NCBI GenBank assembly: GCA_951406725.2
Contig: OX597818.1
Coordinates: 10,788,001 to 10,852,000, forward strand
Length of the DNA stretch: 64,000 bases
From: Octopus vulgaris
Lineage: Eukaryota
Reading direction: 5' to 3'
Shown here one piece after another: positions 42,361-55,252 of the stretch; positions within the stretch are counted from its first letter, which is position 1; every line of letters starts with the position of its first letter. Position numbers and translations under genes: made by a program. The notes below the pieces were generated by a model. It did not search any database and was not told where the DNA came from. It saw only the letters and a program-made list of their open reading frames with translations.

Positions 42361-43744
42361 CTCCCTGTTTTCTTTTTGACTGTCTCACACACACATCCAT
42401 ACTGACACTTCTACATACACCCTGGAATATATATAGTCTTTCTCTCCCTTAGATAACACATTCTTGCTCTGTCTCTTTCTCTTTCCCTCCTTCCCTCCAA
42501 CTCCAACACGCACTGTCACACACATATGCTCATACTTGAATAGAAGTACTTTCACACAAACATTCACTCATGCTCTATGGTAATCTTTTATGTATACATA
42601 TACGTTGTAAAGGAGTTAGCTGTGTAAGGTAATTTTATTGATAATGCTTTTACCATTCTAGTAACACTACCTCCCTCTCTAACCACCACCACTGCCACTA
42701 CCATTAGATTTAGAGAAAAATATGAGGTGTGGGAGAGGGACAAAGATTTTGCGCTCTCTTCCTCATCTTCTGACTTTGACAAAATAATTATCTTATTTCT
42801 GGTGTCCTTGTTGCTTGTTTTATATTCCGTATAATTATTCTGTTTGAGGGCAAATTTGTCAAGGTGATTATTTTTTTCAACAAACATATAAAAAAAAACA
42901 ATAGATGTAGGAAGTGAGGGAAGGAATTAGTGACAGGAGTCTTCCCTTTCATCTATGGATTATCTTGGATTAATATCAAATCTGACTTCAGACTAAAGAG
43001 TGTGCCTGTGATTACTGTCAAACTATATCTTGTCTTTTATATTTTAAAATACTGGACTTAATTACAAATAGAGGCAGTAGGCGATCCCTGGGTATTCATC
43101 TTTCAAGTTATCACACCACTCACTGTTTATTCACAAACAAATCTACTTATATCTATCTTAACTCATCTCTGTCTGGTAGTGATAGTAAAGACATTATACT
43201 TCATTCAAAAGGTCTACTAAAACTGAAACATTTCCTGCATTGTCACTATTCTGCAAAGATCACATGCACTTCTCATATCTTTGCTTACATTCTGTTTTTA
43301 ATAAATTTTTGTTTCTTTGAAATTTCAGGGTTGTCTTCCCTCTCTTTCTTGACCCGAGTTAATCATTAATTTAATGATTCTTGCTTCTCACCACTCATAG
43401 TTTTATTTGGTTTAATTCTAATTGATTAGTGCGGACATTACATGTAAGATTGTCCACAAAGAAGAAGGGAAAAACAATGGGATACTTAAGGGAAACTAAA
43501 TAATATTAATAAAAACATTGATAATAACTAGCAGGACCTGTGGAAATTCCATAGTATAAGTCTGAGCAGATTTGAAAATATTGTGTTAGTATATTGAATA
43601 CAAACAAGGATTTTCAAAAAAATGTTTTTAGATATCCTGCCATTTAATAAGTTACAGCTTATTTACCTCCTTTTAATACATTTGACAGATATGATGTGCT
43701 TTATAGTTTAAGGAAATAAAAGATAAATTTAAAAGATAAAACTT

Positions 43745-44312
43745 CTTCATTATTTAACGTCTGCTTTCCATGCTGGCGTGAGTGAAATGGTTTGACTAGA
43801 ATTGGTAAGCCAGAGAGCTGCACTAGGTTCCAGTCTGATTTGGCATGGTTTCTATGGCTGGATGCCCTTCTTAGCACCAACTACTCTGAGAGTATAATGA
43901 GTGCCTTTTTACGTGCCACTGGCACAAGTGCCATTTACATGACACTGGTAACCACCATGATTATGATTTCATTTGAAGATCATGCTACCAGCAATGGCCA
44001 TGGTTACAATTTTTGGGTTCCATATACATGATACTGGCAATGGCCATGACTATAGTTTCACTTGGCTTGGCAAGTTTTCTCAAGCACAGCATATTGCCAT
44101 AGTCTCAGTCACTTGTCATTACCTCCACGAGGCCCAACATTCAAAGATCATACTTCACCACCTTGTCCCTAACCTCTGTGAGGCCCACCATTTAAAGATC
44201 ATTTTGAAGATCATGCTACCAGCAACAGCCATGATTACAATTTCATGGGTACCATTTAAATGACAGCAGCATCAGTCATTACTACGATTTCACTTGGCTT
44301 GACGAGTCTTCT
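43745..44312 (-). mobile_element. RTE LINE 3' fragment with internal duplications
   Basis: Family tail TTTAACGTCTGCTTTCCATGCTGGC; TTTGAAGATCATGCTACCAGCAA and TTTCACTTGGCTTG each occur twice. Confidence 0.75.
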
Positions 44313-44949
44313 CTATATTGATTAAATGTTTATTTTTACTGTTTTGTTAAATGTATGGCCCTGTACCTTATTTATTGTTAGAGAGTAGGACAGCTTTACA
44401 GGGAACTGAACTTGTTCTGAAATGAAGGTTGGAGTCATTTGGAACCTGCTTCATGCAAGAACAATGGGATACCCAAAGGAAACTAAACAATATTAATACA
44501 AACAATAATAATAAGGATTTCTAGCAAAGCACAAGGTTTTCCAGATTACCCCATTAATTAGAGCTTTATTTTATTGGCTCCAAAATAATGAAAGGTAAGG
44601 TTAGACCTTGGCAAAATTTGAACTCAGAATAAAGGGATATATATAGTCAAATAATGCAAGGCATTCTGTCATACACTCTACTGATTATGCCAATGACTGC
44701 CTTTTCTTTTCTTTTTTTTCTTAAGATAGAGAATGTCAATTTAAAATCAAATTAAGAACATAGATTATTCAAGTGATAAACCTACACTTTGCTTTTTGTT
44801 AAAATGTTGAGAGGTGTTGTGTATAATATGCTGACGATAATAATGATTACTAACATTAAATTATTCTATGGAAATTAAATTATTTTCTAATTTAATTATC
44901 TCTATTTTAAAGGCCTTAAATTATATTTGCGAAAATGTGTGCAATTATA

Positions 44950-45464
44950 CAGGGTGTCTCAGAATCAACTATCTATTTCAGTGAAATTGGACAATTTAAA
45001 AAAAAACTCTCTTTTATTTATGTTTATCATGTTTAATATCTGTTAAAAAGGAATGAATTTTTAATTATAATTTTATGATTTATTTATATAATTTTATTTT
45101 CATTCCTGTTGTTTCCCATTATCTGTCCACTTCAGCTTTTTTTCCACTTTGGCTGCAATCATTTTCTCTACCTTGACCTTCAGGATGGGGCAATAATTTA
45201 GCTGAACTTAAAGAACTCATTCAGTAAGCAGTGCCAGAGATAACTCCTGAAACACTTCAAAATGTTTTGAACGCTAAGGATAGATTTGGAATTTACAGGG
45301 AAACAGACGGAGCACATATTGAAAATTTTCAATAAATTTTTGATGTAAGATTTATAAATCTATTTGTTTTAGTATCATAATTAAGTAATAAACATTAAAT
45401 TCTGTCAGTTTTTTTTAATTTGCTTGGTTTCATTGAAATAGATTGTTAATTTTGGGACACCCTG
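44950..45464. mobile_element. Tc1/mariner-type MITE
   Basis: CAGGGTGTCTCAGAATCAACTATCTATTTCAGTGAAA / TTTCATTGAAATAGATTGTTAATTTTGGGACACCCTG (37 bp, 5 mismatches); TA on both sides. Confidence 0.88.
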
Positions 45465-45651
45465 TATTACCCCCCTTCCCCAGTACTTTACTGATAGTTA
45501 TTTTACTCCACTTCTCCTTTACCGAAAAGATGAACTGCAAACTTGAATCTGGCAGGATGTGATAACAAGGGTTGTGATTTCCTTCTTACCATGAGAGTTG
45601 GTGGTATTATGAAGACAAATTGTAAACTGTTTAGTGAGGTAGGTAGGTCTA

Positions 45652-45801
45652 GGGATGGCTGTGTGATAAGAAGCTTGCTTCACAAACACATGGTTCCAGG
45701 TTCAGTCCCACTGTGTGGCACCTTGTGCAAATGTCTTCCCTATTACCTCAGACTGACCAAAGCTTGTGAATGGATTTGGTTAATGGAAACTGAAAGAAGC
45801 C

Positions 45802-45841
<40 letters not shown>

Positions 45842-46070
45842 ATGTGTGTATGTTTTTGTGTCTGTGTTTTTCTCCCACCACTGCTTGACAACTGGTGTTG
45901 TGTTTATGTCCCCGTAACTTAGCAGTTCAGCAAAAGAGACCGATAGAATAAGTACTCTGCTTTAGAAAAATAAGTCCTGGTTTCAATTTATTCAGCCAAA
46001 ACTCTTCAAGGCAGTGCTCCAACATGGCTGCAGTCTAATGACTGAAATGAGTAAAAGATAAAAGAGAAAG
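45652..46070 (+). mobile_element. SINE family A, CpG-decayed
   Basis: Full head, (TA)n and tail structure. Confidence 0.85.
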
Positions 46071-46253
46071 ATATGTTACATGAAATGAGCTGAAAACAAT
46101 GAAATAGAATGTAAAACATCATTCAACGAATGTACTGTAATAAGAGGATAACCACTAAGGGCTCATCAGAGAATCTCACAAATATTGTAACTAAGGACAT
46201 TATATAAAAAGAAAACAAAACAAAAATACTGGTTGTTACAAGGATGAAACATA

Positions 46254-46463
46254 TGAGGGGATGCTGAAAAGTTCCTGGCTTTGAGTAAAAGAAAATACAG
46301 AACGGTCAGTTAATTATGATTTTATTAAATATATTCCCCTCTCAGATTCATACACTTATTGTAGTGGTCCTTCAGTTTTTCTAAGCCCTGTAAAAGAACT
46401 TGGAAGGTTGAACCACCAACTAGGCCTTTTATGATAAGTAAGGAATTTTTCAGCATCCCTTCA
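46254..46463. mobile_element. Mariner-type MITE, copy 1
   Basis: TA|TGAGGGGATGCTGAAAAGTTCCT ... AGGAATTTTTCAGCATCCCTTCA. Confidence 0.8.
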
Positions 46464-46480
46464 TGTATATACATCTGGTT

Positions 46481-46516
<36 letters not shown>

Positions 46517-46588
46517 GAGGGAATATTATTCCAAACTTACAGGTAAAAATTCAATTTAGAAATACTAAATCAAATTTCACAAAATATA

Positions 46589-46633
<45 letters not shown>

Positions 46634-46813
46634 GAAAAAAACCACCTTTCATCAATTCATCATGAAAAAATTAAATTATACCATTTAGAAAAAAATTACA
46701 TCATAAAGAAAAATTAAATATAAGATAAAAACATATACCAATGATTAAGTAATGTGCAAGATAATAAATAAAACGTACCTTTCCATTTAATCCTAGTAAT
46801 AAAATCTATACAC

Positions 46814-47030
46814 CATGGGGTGCTAAAATGTTCCTGGCTTTGGGTAAAAGGAAATACAGGAGGATCAGTTAATTATGATTTTATCCAACATATTCCCCTC
46901 TCAGATTCACACACTTATTGCAGCTGTCCTTCAGCTTTTCTAAGCCCTGTAAAAGAACTTGGAAGGTTTGGCCTCCAACCAGGCCATTTGTGATACCCTT
47001 TAAAGCCAGCAACTTTTCAGCACCCCCTCA
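46814..47030. mobile_element. Mariner-type MITE, copy 2
   Basis: GGGGTGCTAAAATGTTCCTGGCTTT ... AAAGCCAGCAACTTTTCAGCACCCCCTCA|TA; internal sequence shared with copy 1. Confidence 0.8.
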
Positions 47031-47493
47031 TACATAGCGGAACAAGCAGAAGTTACACACAAGCATAATATAAATGTATGTTCTTTTCATTTTTTTTTTT
47101 TTACTGATTTCAATCATTCTAATGTGGCCAAGCGTGGGCAAAGCTTTCATGGGTTCTAGTGAAATATATAAGCAACCTCAACGCTTATTTTGGCCTTCTA
47201 CTTATATTATTGATCTTCGTTCATCTTCTTAAGGATGGGACATAAAAGAACCAGCATAAATAACAGGTTTTAAATCAATTGGATGCAGACATGGACACAG
47301 ACCCACGTACACGAATGCATGTGTATGAGTGTGTGTGTGTGTGTGTGTGCATATGTGCAATAAGCATCTGTGCAGTTTCCATCTACCAAATTCCATTGCA
47401 AGACATTGGTCAATTGAGGCTATAGTAGAAGACAGTTGCCTGGGATTCTACTCAGTGGGATCAACCCAAGAAAATTGTGGATGTCTATGCATG

Positions 47494-47530
<37 letters not shown>

Positions 47531-48494
47531 TCATATATATACACATATCTATATATAAATGTATGTATATTTGTCTATCTATTGATATATATATTTGTAT
47601 GCGTGTAACAGAATGCATATTTTATACGTTTCCTGAAAGGAGCCAATGAAGGAGTTGCTACATATATAATTGATCAGGTAGAAATAGTCTCTGAACCTTT
47701 CTCAGATTCCACCTTAAATAATGAAGACTACATTAGATAATGTTGTCAAACTAGAATACCTGGATCATTGATCTGTTTGATCAGAGTTGACCTAGTGTTA
47801 AGCAACAGTATTGAATGTTTTAAAAAGGGGATGGCTATTTTGGGAAAAATCAGGGCATCCAGCAAAACCCCTCATTACCCTTCTTCACTAAGGTATGTAT
47901 CTTCTCCATTATATGAATCTACAATAACAATTGGGGACTAGATCCACTCAGCTATTATGAAGATGATAATAATAATAATTTTTAGCATAGGCTACTGGTA
48001 ATTTATTCTGTTGACTGGAAAAATGAAAAGCAAAGTTGACCTTGACACGATAATACTGATGTCTTTGTCACAAGGGTGACCTACAATAAATACACTAATG
48101 CACACTAATACAAAGCATTTTAGGTGTACAAACCCATCAGTGTACAAAAGAGTATAATAATAGCATGTGTGTGCATGGGAATGTAGCAAGATAATACAAA
48201 TAGAATATGAAAGCAGAAACAAAATGATGAGGGTAAAGATACCTTGGGAAGTTAGTAGGAAGTAGAGAGGAAATGATAGTAACAGCAGACTAAATAGTTT
48301 TTGTTTTTTTTCTTTTTCTTTTTTCTGAAAATCACTGATGTAAATTAATGTACAGATATTACTCTGTGTAAACTAACCATGTAATAGAGGCTCAGAGAAA
48401 TGGATATTTTGGTAATAGAGCGAAAAGCAAATAATTTAAGATCCTAGATTGTGTTACATCATATGATTAGCAAAGATGAAGGAAAAGAAACTGA

Positions 48495-49140
48495 AAAGAT
48501 GGAAAATGATTTCAACTTGGCCAGGGAATTTGCCATTGAAGTATAAGGAACAACAGCACCATGACAGTGAAGGGACCTTCAATGTGATCACTTGACCTGC
48601 ACCTGTATGGTCAATTAAATCATCCTTAATATTTATGAACTTTTACTGAACAGTGGCTGACCTCTTTGGAATGGATTTCACTATCAGCTAAGTCCACTGA
48701 GAGGACTGCAGTTTTCATCTGTCTGCTGATTATCAAGAGTAATATGGTGTGCTAAACAAAGATGGTGAGCTTGCAGAATTGTTAGCACACCACAGAAAAT
48801 GCTTAGTGGTGTTTTGTCCATATTTACATTCTCTGTTCAAATTCCACTGAAGTCAACTTTGCCTTTCATCTTTTTGGGGTCAATAAAATAAGTACTAGTT
48901 GAATACTGGGGTTAGTGTAATTGACTTACCCCCTCCTCAAAATTGCTAGCCTAGTGCCAAAATTTGAAACCAATATTGTGTGCTAAACAAAATTGCAAAG
49001 ACTGAGGATAGGCATTTTCTTCTTGAACTCTCTGACTCTTACAGACAAAAGCGAGAGTCGAAGAAGTGGGTGCTGCCTATTACTGCATCTGCTAGAAGAG
49101 TGATAAGAGGGAAGAAAATAGCCCAAGTCAATGGGTCAAA
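48495..49140 (+). mobile_element. Ancient L1/Tx1-like LINE ORF2 C-terminal fossil, interrupted by a SINE
   Basis: After removing the SINE: GNLPLKYK...TCT...EQWLTSLEWISLSAKS..TAVFICLL..VC*TKLQRLR. Resembles the C-terminus of L1/Tx1-type ORF2 as I recall it; highly decayed. Confidence 0.45.
48761..48971 (+). mobile_element. SINE family B with TSD
   Basis: GGTGAGCTTGCAGAATTGTTAGC head; TSD GTGTGCTAAACAAA at 48747-48760 and 48978-48991 (extends to about 20 bp with 1 mismatch). Confidence 0.9.
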
Positions 49141-50474
49141 TAGTGAACCTCAAGGCTATACCTAATGACAGCATATAACAATTTGACTGAAAAATCATTT
49201 TGGATAGAAACAGTCAAAGGGTGCCGACCTTTTACTATGTAAGATGATTCTTTTATGTTTACATGCTATTATTCATAGCTTTGTGTGCTGGTATATCCTT
49301 ATCTCAAGCACACACCCATATGTATATAGATATAGGTTTAAATACACGTATGTCCCCATATCTTTTATACATTAGGTGTTTCCATCATTGGATTGTGGCT
49401 CTGCCGAGGCATCACCCTGAAGGAGTTAGCTGAACAAAATGAGCCCAATACTTATTATTTTTTTTCTTATCATTACATATGGTACTTGTTGTATTGGTGT
49501 CATTTGCCAAACTGCTTGGTTATGAGGGCACAGATAAACCAAACCAACACCTATTGTCAAGTGGTGGTAGGGTGGACAAACACAAAGCCACAATCACAGA
49601 CATACACATACATCACAGTTTCCATGTACTAAATTCACTCATAAGGCATTGGTTAACTCAGGGATATAGTAGATGTTTACCCAAGGTTCCAAAATGAGCT
49701 TCTTAACCATACACCCATGCTTGCACCTACACACTGCATACCACTACATGTGTGTGTATGTATTTTTATATATATATATGTGTGTGTTTATATATATATG
49801 TGTTTATATATATATATATATATATTTATATTGCATTTTCAATCATTCATTTATCTAATATTATTAATATCATATTTTTATAAATGTTTTTCCATCATTT
49901 TCAAAGTATTCAGTTTTAATGAATTGATTTCTCTGTTTAATGTTATTGATTTTGAATACCAAGGTTTCCATTTATTTAGATTTTCTGGTCAATATTGATT
50001 TCTGACTTTGAACTTGTTCTTCTGAATAATGGTAATCTAAATCAGTGAGATTACTCTTATCCTCTCACATGTAGCAACTTGTCTGTCATTCTCTGTCTAT
50101 ATTTTTGTCTCCTGGTTTCATGGTTAGTTTGCTTTGGTTGGTGGTTTCGGTTCCTGAATTTCTGTCTCTTATTATTTATTTTTTATTGCCACTTCTGTGG
50201 TTTGTTTGCTATACGAATATTCTTTTATATGTTTGAGTCATTGAACAGTGGCCATACTGGAACACCGTTGTGAAGTGCTTTAGTCGATCATAAATGTTTT
50301 TTGTCTGTGTCAGGTACTTATTTTATTGATCTCTGAGTTTGTAACTGCTACGTGCAGTTACAAAAAAAAAAAACCAAAAAACCATAGCATTAGTTTTATC
50401 TATCAATTTCACTTACAAGGAACCAGTTTTACCCTAATTTTGACTCTTTAATATTCAGATTATTCTATCAGATG

Positions 50475-50790
50475 TATCATCATCATCATCATTTAATGTC
50501 CACTCTCCGTTCTGGCATGAGCTAGATGGTTTGACTGGAGCTGATAAGCTGGAGAGCTGTACCAGGTTCCAGTTGTATTTGTCATGGTTTTTATGGCTGG
50601 ATGCCCTTCTTAATGCCAACCTCTCCAGGAGTATAATGGGTGATTTTACATGCCACTGGCATGGGTACCATTTACATGATGCTGGCAACAGCTGGGACTA
50701 CAATTCACAGGTGCCATTTACACGGCACTGGCAACAACCATGACTCTGATTCATGGGTGCCACTTACATAGCACCAGTAACAACCAGAAT
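50475..50790 (-). mobile_element. RTE LINE 3' UTR fragment
   Basis: (CAT)n tail and family 3' module; repeated GGGTRCCATTTACA subunits. Confidence 0.75.
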
Positions 50791-50986
50791 TCACAGGTAC
50801 ATATTTATTCTCATTGTTTTTAATTAATCATGCATTATCTTGTTGCTTTGAGATATGTTGCTTTGTTGATATGATATATTTTTAGAATGACAGTATATGA
50901 AAATATATTTTTTGAGTGAGAGGCCAGATCTCGCCAGGTTGAACATAAAACAGGTAGAATATTTGGGCCAGTGATGGCTGCTTTGA

Positions 50987-51206
50987 CCCTTCAGCATTCA
51001 GATTACTCTGTCAAATGTAAAGCCTGTTTAATCACATTGTTTTAAATTAATTGTACAGCATCTTGTAACTCTGAGATTTTGACGATGTCCCTGTTTAGTT
51101 TTAGAATGATTTTGTAGGGTAGGTGTGAGAGGTCAAAGCTGGCTGGTTTGAGCATAAAACAGGAAGACAAATTTGGCCTGATATGGCAAGTTTAAACACT
51201 AAAGGG
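50987..51206. mobile_element. piggyBac-type MITE nested in an older copy of itself (about 50803-51229)
   Basis: TTGA|CCCTTCAGCATT ... ACACTAAAGGG|ATAA (degenerate TTAA TSD); the outer copy shares GTGAGAGG..GAACATAAAACAGG and ends AAAGGGTTAA. Confidence 0.7.
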
Positions 51207-51759
51207 ATAAACAAACATGAAAGGGTTAATGCAGTGGAACCCAACTACACAGCATGTGATTAAATGAAAAATCAGCATGTGGTACTGCAAAACCACATCG
51301 CTTCCCTTTTAACCAATGCGATGTTTCATGTATGCTAAAATAAATGTTTGTACTTAAAATTTAACTATTAAGAAATGATTTTCATTCTGTTTTCCTTTGG
51401 AAAAAGAGATATGTTTCTATAGCAAGAACCTGTGACTGCCAAAGATAAGGTGCAGATAACTTTTAAAAAGTTCATGAATTCAATCTGTCCCTTCCATTAG
51501 CCTCCAACCCATGCCTTCCTGCGATGTATATGATATGAATATATATGATATGAAATCTGATCTGTTTGACTGCATATATTTCAAGATTAGAGGAGTGGGT
51601 ATGTAAAAAGATGCAAATTTGGGAGCATGTATTTGCTTAAGTATATTAGCCTTCAAATTACATGTTACACAGTCTTAAAAATAAGGAAGGATGCTTGAGA
51701 TAATGTTGGTTTAGATATCTTTAAAGTAAGGAGATGGCCACAGCTGGAAAGCATTTGTC

Positions 51760-52142
51760 TTTTATCTTTTACTTGTTTCAACCATTTGACTGTGGCCATG
51801 CTGGGGCACCACATTGAATGGTTTTACTTCAATGAATCAACCCTGAGACTTCTTTCTTTTTTTTAGTCTGGTCCTTATTCTATCAGTCTCTTATGCTGAC
51901 CTGCTAAGTTTTGGGGGACATAAACACACCAGCACTGGTTGTCAAGTGATGGTAGGGGGACAAAAACAAACAGCGACATGCACACCTGATGGGCTTCTTT
52001 CAGCATCTGTCTGCTAAATCCATTCAAGGCTTTGGTCGGCCTGAGGCTACAGTAGAAGACTCTTGGTCAAGGTGCCATCCAGTAAGACTGCACACAACCA
52101 TGTAATTGGGAAGCAAGCTTCTTACCACACAGCTATGCCTGC
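51760..52142 (-). mobile_element. SINE family A
   Basis: Reverse homology to 22239-22670. Confidence 0.85.
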
Positions 52143-52549
52143 TGTGATTGTAAGTCTGCTTTCATTTCTAGCAGATTGGGTACAACTTCCTCTATATGAT
52201 TGCACTCAACCAGTTGGAAGTAGTTGCTATATCTTGCCTCAAATTACACACTACTAGCTAAAAATTATAGATGGACTCAGCAAGTAATGCAGTTTTAGAT
52301 GTCTCTAAAAAAGAAATGATCAGTTTTTATAAACAAATTCTGATGAGTTGTAAGAACAGCAAAACTATTAAAACTTGTCCCTCATTCTAAGCTGTGGAGC
52401 AGTTATGTTGTCTGACAATAGGGTTTTATTTCACAGGGAAGCAAGATACATGTAAGTAAAACTTTTGTATATGAATCAGTATCATAGTCCAATTTGTATT
52501 ATTGGTACTCTAGTAATTTATTGAAATAAAATGTCATTTTCACACACTA

Positions 52550-52836
52550 GATCAGCCATTTTTACCTCTGGACTCCTTTGATTCCTGTTTCATTTTGATG
52601 GACCCTAAAGATCATTTGATGTTTAAAAAATGCCATTATATTTTTTATAATTAAGTATTTTTTGAAATTGTATTTAAAAAATTGTTAAGGTATTTTGTGT
52701 ATTGTAGAAGTATAACGAATTTATTGCATAGAAATATGACCTATTTATTGCAGATAAATTTTAATAACAAAATCTTATGTGGACCCTTAAGGGTCATATG
52801 GACCCTAGTTTGACCCTAAGGGTCATATGGACCCTT
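52550..52836. mobile_element. Degenerate hAT-type MITE related to 28760 and 61606
   Basis: CCATTTTTACC..GGACTCCTTTGATT..ATTTTGATGGACCC and terminal GGACCCTTAAGGGTCATATGGACCC palindromes. Confidence 0.55.
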
Positions 52837-54059
52837 TGCTATTATATTATGGCAGAACTTTTAGTCCTCTAAAAACTGGAAAACAGTTGTACAATAGAAT
52901 TTTCACACCTATTGAAATAATTGGGAACTGAATGTAGTAGTTCTTTGTGTTCTTTTAGATAACTAAATTGTCTCTTTCACAATTTAATTGCTTCAGTTTC
53001 AACCCAAGATTCCAGATCAACTCATTTGGCAAACAAGTACAACAGTGTCAAATTTTACTTTTTGCTTTGTTGAAAGCTTCATTCCCCTTCCCCCATCACA
53101 CACACCAGTTTGGTTTGGTTATGGAGGAAGTGGAAAACTCAACAGTTTATGACAGACATCTTTTTTTATAGCTGTCTGTGCCTGTTTTATTATCTGAATG
53201 ATTAAAATATATCTTATGTAACAAGGAACTACTCCATAAACAGCATACAATTTTGTGTGCACAAAAAATAAAGATGCTGACTTGAGAATTAATAAAGATA
53301 ATGACAGATCCTAAGCTGATTACATAATTGACTTAAGCATGCAAGCTTCCCTGCCTCCCTGCGTATGTGTGTGTGTCTGATGGGAAGAGTAGCTTTATCT
53401 ATGAGTGAACAGAAATGACTGTGTGATCATAGATATGGAAGTGTGTATGTTTGTACGTACACACACACACACATTCTCTTTCTTACACATGCATACACAC
53501 AGGTATGTGTATGTCTTTGGATGAATATTTTATTTATAGCTCAAAAGCTACAACAGTATACTCACTCAGGAGCCTAGATTTTCTTGTCAGAGAACTTATC
53601 AATCTTTGCATATGTAAATATATATTTCAGATATGGCTTATTGGTTAAGAAGTTTGTTTTGTAACCATGTAATGTTGGGTTCAGTTCCACTGCATTATAT
53701 CAAGGGCAAGACAAATTCCTTGTGAAGCAAATTAGCAGTGTGAAACTTTCTCCATGTCTATGTCCTTTAACTTAGTGGATAGACAAATGGAAAATGATAA
53801 AATAAATGTTGGTGCCAATATAATTGACTAAAACCCTTGCCCTGGCATGACTAAAGTTCAATGACTAAAACATGTAAAACAATAAAAGAATATACATATG
53901 TATAAACACACGTCTATACACACACACACACACATCATTGGTAAATCATAAACCCACAAAATAAGCACACTCTAAGTTATAAATCAGTAGAGTATATGAA
54001 TAAAGATAGATATGGCTGCTCTATGGGATTACTCTGAGTTTCACATCCATAGGCCAACA

Positions 54060-54098
<39 letters not shown>

Positions 54099-54267
54099 CT
54101 CATACACTTATGAATATGTACATATATGTGTGTTTGTATGTGTATATATTTATATACACATACATTCACACACTCATACACACACACACACATATTTGTG
54201 TCTAAAGCACACACATGAATTTATGTATGATTGTAAATCACTAATTCACTTTTCATATGTAGACGGC

Positions 54268-54299
54268 TACCTTTGGTTTCATGCTTACGCATTCTTCAG
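54268..54299 (-). ncRNA. Minimal hammerhead-ribozyme-like core
   Basis: Minus strand: CTGAAGA-ATGC GTAA GCAT-GAAA-CC AAA GG-TA; core, stem II and stem III intact, stem I not evident. Confidence 0.45.
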
Positions 54300-54806
54300 A
54301 GAACTCTAATATGTTTCTTTCTTTTATATCATGAAAAGTATCTTTGATAATGTTTGTGAGAAGCATATATATGTGTATTTATGTCTACGTATGCTTATCT
54401 CTCTCTATAAATGAATTCATGAATAAGTATATAAGACTATTTAGAAATGCTACTGTTCACTTGGGTTTTATGCTGGTATGTTCTGTGGAAAAGCTCTGAA
54501 AATTTATGCATTTTCATGGGAAAAGATTTTGATAGATATTCTTATGTGTACCAAGAATTGGTATTTTTTTCTTTTCTTACATAATAATTCCTTGATTAGT
54601 GTCTACTGCTTGCATTCCAACTACCTACATCTGTCTAACAAAACTGGTTACTAACCTTGGAAATCTAATTCAAAAAAATTACTCAATACTGTTAGAATGA
54701 ATGGAATAACATTAGTTATTTAAAACTGACTCAGCATGAAAAGCAACTCGGAGTTTTACATTTCCAGTTTCCAGGCAAAGTAACCTACATAAACTCAGTT
54801 TTCAAT

Positions 54807-54838
<32 letters not shown>

Positions 54839-54861
54839 ATGCGTGTGTGTATGTATGTTTG

Positions 54862-54898
<37 letters not shown>

Positions 54899-54974
54899 AT
54901 GTATCAGGCATGTGCCATCAGTAATTATTCAGGACAGGCAGTTGGTGACCCTTATGTAGTAATACACATGAAAA

Positions 54975-55252
54975 ATGTTGCCAGTGCTGCTGGACTGGCT
55001 CCTGTGGAGGTGGCACATCAAAACACCATTTGAGCATGGCTGTTGCCAATACTACCTGACTGGCCCTCGTGCCGGTGGTACATAAAAGCACCACTACACT
55101 CTCGTAGTGGTTGGTGTTAGGAAGGGCATCCAGCTGTAGAAACTCTGCCTGATCAGATTGGAACCTGGTGCAGCCATCTGGGCTTGTCAGTCCTCAGTCA
55201 AACCGTCCAACCCATGCCAGCTTGGAAAGCGGACATTAAATGATGATGATGA
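54975..55252 (+). mobile_element. RTE LINE 3' end, followed by a SINE A tail (55262-55502)
   Basis: GTGGTTGGTGTTAGGAAGGGCATCCAGCTGTAG...GGACATTAAATGATGATGATG. Confidence 0.8.

Noticed and set aside
51422-51448. 27-nt microexon QEPVTAKDK
   Set aside because: Donor GTGCAG is weak and the pyrimidine tract is interrupted; not distinguishable from chance.
52340-52378. Third hammerhead-like motif CTGATGA-GTTGT AAGA ACAGC-AAAAC
   Set aside because: Essential GAAA is AAAA and stem III/cleavage site is degenerate; at best a dead relic.
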